DNA of 61,949 nt, the filler included. It is 9 parts of 9 records of this genome, joined end to end, with 100 filler letters (N's around TTAATTAATTAA, not from the genome) between each part and the next. Parts side by side here need not be neighbours in the genome. Positions count along the whole stretch, not along the records: positions 46,809 to 56,329 come from SRR2962707_666; positions 56,430 to 61,949 come from SRR2962707_669; 7 more parts are not named here. One strand, written 5' to 3'. The first letter of the stretch is position 1; each line of letters begins with the position of its first letter. The notes under the pieces are model-generated. The model saw nothing but the letters and a program-made list of their open reading frames with translations, ran no database searches and was not told where the DNA came from. The translations under genes were made by a program, and so were the position numbers. Below, piece by piece: positions 53,001 through 61,949 of the stretch.

Positions 53001-56000
53001 ATGAAAATGTTGCAGCTGGAAAGATGAATATCGTTACGATAGTCTCGCTTGCCGGTCACGACCGAGAACAAATAAGCCTGCGAAAGCCTGTCAAGCCAAC
53101 TGGTAATATTGAGCACTGGCTTGACGATCTACGCGTGGAGCAACAACACACAATGAAGCAGCTTCTCGCGCAATGTGCTTCACGGTCGGCTCGCTTCGAT
53201 GACGTTGCGTCGCTCGAGCACTTGCGGCAGTTCGTCGATCACACTTGTGCCCAGTTCGCCTTGCTTGGGGTTCAATTCATGTGGACCACTGACATGCAGA
53301 TTGCGCTCGAAGACTGCAAGTTGAATAAAAAAGCCATGCACGACGCTCGAGTCAAAGCATCGACTGTGCTACGCACTTTATCGTCATGGTGTCTTCAGGA
53401 CCTTGGCAGTGCACTCAATCGTAAAAAAATTGAAACACTGGTGACCATTCAAGTGCATCAGCGTGATGTCACTGACAATCTGGTTTCCTTGTTTAAACAA
53501 AAACAATTGCACGACGCTGAATCGTTTGAATGGCTAAAGCAAGCGCGTTTTTACTGGCGACCCGACGAAAAGGACCACATGGGCTCTGAAGGCACCTGCA
53601 CCATCGTTGTGGCCGACGTGGAGTTTGAATATCAACATGAGTATGTATTGTAGACTGATCCACTGGCTCAAGTTTTCGTGTTGGCCTAACATCGAGAGAT
53701 TTTCACGTGCTGTGGTTGCGCACTCTATTCTGTGGCCCCTGCCTCTCTTTTTTTTTTTAGATATTTGGGCGTGAAGGCAAGACTGGTGGTGACTCCGCTG
53801 ACGGATCGCTGTTATATTACTCTAACTCAAGCGATGGGCATGTTCTATGGTGGGGCACCAGCGGGCCCTGCTGGAACGGGAAAGACAGAAACTGTAAAAG
53901 ATCTTGGTCGCACGCTAGGAATATTTGTTGTCGTGACCAATTGCAGCGATCAAATGCGGTGTGTTGCCATCGCGTTGCCTGATATACTGCGGTCGCCCCG
54001 TGTCCAATGCAATGATTCTTTTCGGTTGACAACTTGGTATATTTGGTGTAGGTACCACCACTGTGCAAAAATATTTAAGGGACTGTGCGCCGCTGGTTTG
54101 TGGGGCTGCTTTGATGAGTTCAATCGCATCACGTTGCCGGTTCTGTCTGTAGTGGCACAACAGGTGCAGGCAATCTTGAATGCGAAGAAAGCCTGGCCAA
54201 AGGTTAAAGACTTCACTTTCCCGGGCGAGGGTAGTACATCATCGAGCGATAGCGCGCGTCGTATTGTTTTGAAACCTATTTGCGGACTCTTCATCACAAT
54301 GAATCCAGGGTACGCAACTTCAACAATGTGGCGCATATATTTCCACCGATATGGTTTGACCCCGCTCGGTGCGATTGTGACATCTTGACGTGTTCAATAC
54401 TTTCAGGTACGCAGGCCGACAAGAACTGCCTGAGAACCTCAAGGCGCTCTTTCGGGGTGTGTCCATGATGGTACCCGACCGTGAGATCATCATAAAAGTC
54501 CTGCTGTGCTCGGTTGGGTACACCCAGTTTGCGGTGCTGTCACGAAAGTTCCAAACCCTCTACTCTCTGTGTGAAGAGCAGCTTAGCAACCAGCATCATT
54601 ATGATTTTGGTATGCGTAATGTGCTTTCAGTACTGCGCACGGCAGGTGCCACCAAACGTTTACATTTGGACGAAGAGGAGTCCTTGCTTTTGTCAGTTTC
54701 ATCATGCCCTTGCTTTGAACTCGACCAATAACGTTGCAACCGCTCTCGCGACACTGAAATGCCGCACTGAAATATCCCTGTTTGTGCCTTCTCGCGACAC
54801 TGAAACGTGATTGTTGCAGGTATCGAACCTTGAGAGACATGAACCTGTCGAAGCTTGTTGCACAAGATGTGCCACTGTTCTTGTCACTTCTTCGAGATCT
54901 GTTTCCAGGATTTACTGCACCTGCTCACGCTCACTACGATGATGTCGAAACTGTGGTTCGAGAAGTTTGTACAGAGCAAGGCCTTGTGTTGCACGAGCCT
55001 TGGCTTCTCAAAGTAACGCAACTGTACGAGACAACTCGCGTGCGACACGGAATTATGCTTTCTGGGGCACCGGGTGGCGGCAAGAGTTCCATGATTCGCA
55101 TTCTACAAACTGCGCTTTCGAAGACGTGTGGGGGGAAAACAGGGTAAGTGAATGGAGAAAGTTGGCCCAACAGGGGCTTCAAGCGCAGCTGCTGAATCTA
55201 GTCCCATGGTTTCATGACTCCCGGTCCATTAATGCTGGGATTTGCCCAGGTACAAACTTGCGAAACTGAATCCGAAAGCCATCCTCGCTTCGGAAATGTA
55301 CGGTCAAGTGAATGCAATGTCTGGCGAATGGACAACAGGAGTGCTGGCAGCTATTTGGGCGAAGTGCAACCAGAGAACCAATAAGTTCAATACATGGGTG
55401 CTCTGTGACGGACCAGTGGATGCGTATTGGATTGAAAACCTCAATACCGTACTCGACGACAACAAAATTCTCACCCTCGCCAACGGTGATCGAATCCCAA
55501 TGACGGACAACGTGCGTCTTCTTTTCGAAAATGAGAACCTCGATAATGCTTCACCCGGGACAGTATCCCGAACAGGAATTATCTATGTGTCTGCCAGTGA
55601 CCTCGGATGGTGGCCTCCGGTGCAAGCATGGATAACACGTTTGGGTAGTGCCAACTTGAGGAGTGCATTGGAACAGCTGTTTGCAAAGTTCGTCCAAGCA
55701 AGCTGTGGCGATATATTTGTATGTCGCTGTGTGTCTAATACCGCACAAGTATTAGACCGTAGCGTGACTATATTGCGCCCTCTGCTTTGTGCTTTGTTAG
55801 GTACGTTGGAACTAGTACCGGTGATGAGACAGGGCACCTCTTTCATTTTCTGCGCGCAAACACTAGCTCTGTGATGCGCACATCAGAAGTGGGAGTTACT
55901 GCGAGTCTCTGCGCCTTGCTTGGTGCCCTGATCAATGAGCATATGGTGCCGGACACCAACACCAACAATGGCGGCAGTGGGGCGAACGGGTCCACTGCGG

Positions 56001-56329
56001 CCGCAACTTTGTCAAATAGCGTGGGACTAAATAGTGGAAGTGGCGCTGGAACCAGCAGCACCTTTAATGGTGCTATCGATGAAGACGATCTTGAGAAGCT
56101 GTTTTTGTATTCCGTCACGTGGTCCATCGGTGGTCTGCTTTCGGAGGATGATCGCCCGAAGTTGGACGCTTATTTACGAGCGTTGGCGTCTCAGGAGGGG
56201 ACTTCTTCGGACGAAGCAATGCCAAAGCTGCAAGCAGACGAGGAGGATACTATTTTTGAGTGCGTTTTGTTTCACAATTGCCTGGAGGCAGACGCCCACG
56301 TAGCCCCCCCCCCCCCCCCCCCCCCCCCC
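47060..56329 (+). CDS. Axonemal outer-arm dynein heavy chain (gamma / DNAH5-DNAH8-like), 3' truncated; 16 exons reconstructed
   Basis: [50 protein letters not shown]1 [40 protein letters not shown]2 [28 protein letters not shown]. Introns at 49255-49373, 49851-49933, 50185-50302, 50433-50600, 50800-50901, 51132-51237, 51430-51527, 51738-51871, 52691-52815, 53641-53760, 53959-54051, 54310-54406, 54692-54819, 55144-55249, 55688-55800 give a continuous frame. Confidence 0.96.
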
Positions 56330-56817
56330 NNNNNNNNNNNNNNNNNNNNNNNNNNNNNNNNNNNNNNNNNNNNTTAATTAATTAANNNNNNNNNNNNNNN
56401 NNNNNNNNNNNNNNNNNNNNNNNNNNNNNTTTTTTTTTTTTTTTTTTTTTTTTTTCGATCAGGACCTGCAGCGCAGAATGAAGGGTCGTGGCGCATTCAG
56501 TTTCTGTTGCTTTTTTTTTTGTCTGAAAGCGCGCAAGCGCGCAGGGTATGACACACGGTTGTGGGGCAAAGTAATGGTTGCTGTGGTTGAGGGAGGGGCA
56601 AAGAACATGATGGAAAACGTGAACGATATTGCTGTTGTTTGCTGCTGTGAACGGAGAGGGCGGAGTTACTGTTACCGTTGCTGGTGGTGTGTGTACAGTC
56701 GTGCGCGGAGTTCCAGTGGTAAATCAATTAACGCAGGACTGGACGATTTTTTTTTTGAGCCGGAAAACAGTTTCGACGGTGTCGACGGTCTCGACGGCAA
56801 GTGACACTGGCCTCCAC

Positions 56818-59800
56818 TTACTGTGCGTCAGGGGCAGCTGCACGAGCGCCATTGTGGTATTCGTCACATATTGCTTTGAGGGCACGGTTAGGCACAAGCT
56901 GGTCCACCGTCAAAGGCTCACGCGTACAGGGGTGAGTGCTGTTGGATTGCAACCAGAGTGTGATGGACGCGCGCTCAAAAGACGTTCCGTCAGGAGCAGA
57001 CACAGGATCCACCATTGCCTGCACGGCACACAACGCAGACAGTCAGCAACACTGCAAAAGTGCTCTGCAATGAGAAAACCTGGCGATTGAGCGAAAAATT
57101 CAGGCACGGGTGTGACCCAACCTCCTGAGTAATCGGGCACTGAATCATGTCCTCACGAATCAGCATCTTTTCGCGGGCCTGCTGTTGCTCGAATTCCTGG
57201 CGCTGCAGCGCGAGCGCCTGCCGCTGGCGCTGGAGTTCCTCCAGCTTGAGGCCTGCATTGTCAACCAGCTGCTGTGCAATCTTCGTTCGCTCTTGCTCGA
57301 TCAAACCGTCAATGAGCTTTTGCTTTTGAGCCAGCAATTTGACTTCCTTGGCTGCGGCAGCTGCGCGTTTTTCCTGTTGGCGTTTGCGTTGTTGCACCTT
57401 CATGATCCAGATGTGCGGTGGCATACGTGGCGGTCTCTCAGGATCTTTCTCAGCAGCCACCTCTTCCCTTGATTTTTCTTCGATTTGAGCGGCTGCAACC
57501 AACACAAAACAAGCACAAACGCTGATGCGCCATTCGTGCACGGAAAAGAAAGAGCATCCATCGCGCTCCTCAATGCACTCATAAAGCTCTTACGCTGTGC
57601 TGCACCACCGCCACCGCCGGCGTCTGCCTCAAGGAGTTGACGAGTTACTTCCGCTTCGTGTTCCAAAATATCGCGAAGGTCCACCATGCGGTAAATACCC
57701 ATCAAAGCAGCCGTGCTGGGTCGGTGCTTCTGCGAATACCTTTCAACCCACAGCACAAGAGAACGGGAGGTTTCACAACAACCATATCATCAAAACGGTC
57801 CATTCAATCGCTACAACGGCTGGTACACGTACTCTCCGAGAGATGCGTATGCATCTCGCGTGACTTCGTCGTCCAAAAGAACTTTCGTTTTGGCTTTGAG
57901 CTCGTGCATTATTGGCCACGGCACTTCCGTAATCGCCCGCAAATTGACTTCACGGGGTCGGAAATTATCGGCAGAGATTTCTGGAGGTTTGCTGTTGAAC
58001 GTTTGCTGACCTTCGAGTGAACTTGCAAAGTACTTGAATTGCATGCCTGGCTGCACCATAAAACCGAACGTTGCGGCAGGATCAAATGCAAGGTCGCCAT
58101 CCAATAATTGGAGAGAATGGCTAACTTGCTTGAAGTTCGGTGCTCGCGATGCGCGCGACGCCAATGGAAGTGTTGGCATTTTGAGTGCGTAACCATTGGA
58201 CGACGGAGCGCGCGGGGTCTCTGACGCAGGCTCCACGACAAAGAATAAATACCTTGGACAGAAAACAACAATAAAACCAGTTGGACCAGGGCAAGAGTGT
58301 GTAAAGTCGCGAAGGAATTCCCAGTTGTGAGGCTCGCTCGCCAAAAACCCAAAGTGATGTGCCCAAGCTCAACATACTGCCGAGGCAGCACGCACAGCAC
58401 ACACAAGCACATGCAGCACGAACCCTGACTTTGGGGTCCGAACAATTGCCCTCAAGACAACGCTGCCATCGCTTCCGACAGCCCCTTGAAGACTCACGGT
58501 ATGCTGCCACTCCGCGGGCGTAAACATTCCTGCGAACAAAAATGACCGTTTTATGATCGTCTATAGTTTGCGTCTGAGCCGGGGCACAACGATACAACTA
58601 GAGGCCCACATGTTCAACGAACCAGTTGCGTTCATGCGCCCGAACGCAGCAGTGCCGTCTCGCGCTGGGAGCCCGGACATGACAAACGACGCAAACGATG
58701 GCGTGGGCCCAGGAAGCTTGGCTCCATCCAGCAAGTACCTACATGCGCGAGAGCGAGCCGCACAGCCCATAATTGGCCCAAAACTGAACAGACGAAAGCA
58801 AGAGCCTCGCATACTCGATTCCTCTCAGTGATCTCCTGAACTTACTCGAACGCAAAGGACGGCGCCATCAAATCCTGGTTTAGCACAGGGAAGCAGACGG
58901 AAGCGGAAGTCCCCAATGCACTGATAAATGACTCGGGCAAACCGGATAATTGCAGTTCCTGCACACGGAGCATCAGTTGAAGTGATCAGACACGATCGGG
59001 GAACATAAGGAGCTTGACAATGGAGCAACGCAAGGCCCGAGTTGAGTTTGATCGATCGATTTGGCAGAAAACTATGATTGTTCATATCCAACAACATACC
59101 GTCGCGGTTTCGACGTCAACTGGGATGGGGGTTCCGTCGTTGGATCGCCTCCACACTACGTCCAAATCTTGTAGCGGAAGCATGCGAGCCATGACGGAGC
59201 CTCCGAAAAAGTCTCGAACGATCTGGTTTGCCTTCTGGGTTTCAGCATCGTCCAGATGTTTAGCGTTCGATCCAAGCAGCTCAGCTGAAAGAGGCAAGGA
59301 AATGCCCCCCCCGGCACAAAGCCTTCGATGAATTTCAGAAGCCTCCACAGCAGAGGCTGGTGCTGGGTCTCCGTTTGCACCACCGCCACCTGAGCCACCG
59401 TCAGCATCAACTCCAAGTGCTTTCAGAAGGGAACTCTCGAGTTCAGCACTACCGTAGAGTGGCTTCGTTGAGCTTTCCCGGCTCTGCGGGATGGTTTGTC
59501 GCTGCGAGTGAATAACCTTGTTGGCAAATTGTTTGCCAGCTCGCAGCGACAATTTGTACACATTGCCAGTGCGATCGTATGAAGAATCTGCGGAGTTAAA
59601 GTCACGCACGGTCGGAACAATGCGCCCGCGGACGGCGGCGCCAATCTTAACTTCTTCCGTTGCCTTCCCTGCAGGATGTTGTGCGTCATGGACCAGGGAA
59701 ATCGCGTATGCACAACCGTGGTCATCGACCGGACAATTTCCTTGACTGCCTTGGTCCAGAAATTTGCGGCAGTTGGGATGTGTGCAAAAATATCTGCAAC

Positions 59801-61635
59801 AACATACGCCCGGGGTTACTTCGGTCAATTTTCAAACTTTTTAAAGCGAACCACACAATATCGAGAAAAATGATTCGAACAGTGACGTACTTTGCTCCGT
59901 AGTAAATCCGCTCGACCTTCATTTTGCGACTGCCCCCCCCCGTTGAAGATTCCTCTGCATCAGGATAGTAAAGGATCTCCAGGTCAAGGTCAAATACCTT
60001 TTTCTGAGAACCATCGGCGTTGTACCTGGAAAGTGGTGGTCATGATGCGGACGGCGACGCAGGCGGAGAGCTCAGGCAACCTTGGACACGAGATGCAAAC
60101 AATGGCGTGGCAGACTCTACAGAAAGAATACGATTGAAGCATTGCGTTGTTGTGCGCACCATTCAAGAATAACGGAAAGAGCCGATTCATCTTCAGCGGC
60201 ACCAGGTCGTGCAGCCACCTTCGTCGTGATACCATCCGTCATCGCCCACGCATTCGCATTTTTGTGCATTGCTTTTTGCAAAGCAACAGTTCGTTCTTGC
60301 GCTGTCTGCTTCGGTGGCAACGAAGGAATAAACGTCTCCAATGCATCAGACATGCGCTTCACAGCTTGCATAGCAGTGCGAATGTAAGTGGGGCCAGTGG
60401 AAAACACTCGAACGGTTTCATAAAGCTCCGCGAGAGCGGGTGTCCAACCAAATGCGCCAGCCGCTTGGGAGGCATTTCCGGGGGCCGAAGGGGCGCCAAC
60501 CGCCAGGATCGAAGCATGCTGTGCAGGGTCTCGGCGAAAAGCATAGCTGAAAGACAACATGGGCAACAAGGTCAAGTTGTCTCAAGTGCACGCAGGGCAA
60601 TTCATATTGAGGCGATGTGCATATCCACAGCAAAGTACAGATGCTAAAGTGGGGGAACGAACACGCTGCTGCTGCCGCTGCCGCTAATACGCTGGATCCC
60701 CGCAAACGAAGGAACTTCCTCCAAAGGGGTCGCATTTACGCCAAAGAGATTGTCAAAAGACTCTGCCAACGAGCACGAGAGTCGGCTGCCGGCTTCGTCC
60801 GGAAAGGCCGGAGCAAAGTCAGCTGATTCGAGGAATGTTGACGCCAAGCCCATTGCGCGCCTAGCCCAGGCGACCTCAACATCACCGGGTGGGCCCTCGA
60901 CCAGTTTGGGAGCCCCAGCTCCATTGCTGTCAACATACGCCGCGGAGCGACCCGTTTGAAGAAACTCCGCAAGTGCACGACGAAGCACCGAACCACGGGC
61001 GTCAACCATACGTGCAAGGCCCATCGTATTCTTGCGGCAGGCGTTGCAGCATGACCTGAGATGCTCGCTGAGTGCCCGCAGAGCAGTGGAAGCAGCTTCT
61101 GAGGCAGCGACAGCAATGAAAACAACACCGTGGCTGTGCTCCGCAGGCAGTGGATAGATCGTCAAATTTACAAACGGAAGGTACTGGATCGGCAGCTCAA
61201 AGAGAGCATCCACGCTCTCCGCGCGATACACCTGCAGAACGGAACGGAGCAGCGCATTGTCATCCATGTGTTTTGATGGCCAGAACTTCCTTCACTTTTA
61301 CCATAACCTCTCCACAGACGGTTATTCATTCTACATCCACACCCCCACCTTCCCAACATCGTTTGACTTGCCTGTTGCTGTGCAATCTCACCCTCGAGTT
61401 TCTTCACCTCTGAGGGCGAGCCGAGTGTGCCGTTCGACGCACGCGAAACTACGCTCTGGGAGAGGTTCTCCGTGACCCTGCTCGTCCACGCTGAGCGCGC
61501 CGTCGCGCCACCTTCAAACAGAGAGTCAATCTCTGCATTGACCGCCGCTGCTGGAAGGATACTGAGCTCGCATCGCGGAGCAGCTTGCGCCTGCAGCCGC
61601 TTGCGGAGCTCGAGCAATTCTTTATCCGACGCCAT
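56818..61635 (-). CDS. Large multi-exon protein with coiled coil and C-terminal U-box (E3 ligase-like) domain
   Basis: DMIQCPITQE|AMVDPVSAPDGTSFERASITLWL...HPCTREPLTVDQLVPNRALKAI is a U-box; upstream exons link in frame through GT-AG introns and one GC-AG intron; Cys/His cluster CTHPNC...CPVDDH. Confidence 0.75.
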
Positions 61636-61949
61636 TTAGAGTTTTGGTTGTCGTATCACACTGAAAGATAAGATACGCGCTCGTTTTTGCGCTCCTGGAT
61701 TTCAACTTCCGCGACAATATTCTCAGGGGGGTCGCAGCAGCTCGCAAGGACGAAAACAACGCTCACCGTGGTGTGAACGTTTCACTGTGTCTTTCTAGTT
61801 TCAGGGGCGGGAGGCGAAGAAAAAAAAAAGTGTTCGAACAATCCGACAACAAATCCACAACACTTTTGAACCACCTCCAACCCGGCACCACTCCACCACC
61901 TCAACTTTGAAAGACCTTTCAGGCAGGCAGGCAGGCAGGCAGGCAGGCA

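Noticed and set aside
49255-55800. A recognisable shared intron sequence family or TIRs
   Set aside because: By eye the introns share only splice signals and T/G richness. No young repeated element is visible, so the Introner idea rests on the flanking-site bias only.
49255-56260. Fragmented dynein ORFs as a pseudogene, frameshifting or stop-codon reassignment
   Set aside because: Canonical GT-AG introns restore one open frame with all exon phases consistent.

Overview
This window is not one locus. It is nine unrelated contigs joined by 100-bp artificial spacers (44 N + TTAATTAATTAA + 44 N). Eight contigs look like DNA from an intron-rich, flagellated microbial eukaryote (stramenopile-like, which is my inference). 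They carry a multi-TM protein kinase, a truncated pogo/CENP-B-like HTH ORF, a calpain, a BEACH-WD40 protein, a MalY/PatB-type PLP enzyme, two VPS9-domain proteins, an MHS-family MFS transporter, a GH78 alpha-L-rhamnosidase, a DUF4833-like protein, an outer-arm dynein heavy chain and a U-box protein. One contig (6241-16235) is Bacteroidota DNA: rpmE2, a Wzi/RemB-like OMP, YifB/ComM, PadR plus ABC permease, 5-FTHF cyclo-ligase, a TAXI-like protein and a CASTOR/POLLUX-like channel. The strongest unexplained signal is in the eukaryotic introns, which I reconstructed by hand. About 30 introns across 7 genes are phase 2 and sit exactly one base before a Tyr codon (AG|N-TAY, mostly AG|GTAY), including 12 of the 15 complete dynein introns. 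Some have short direct duplications across the splice sites. This resembles a large wave of transposon-driven (Introner-like) intron gain at a GTA(Y) target.
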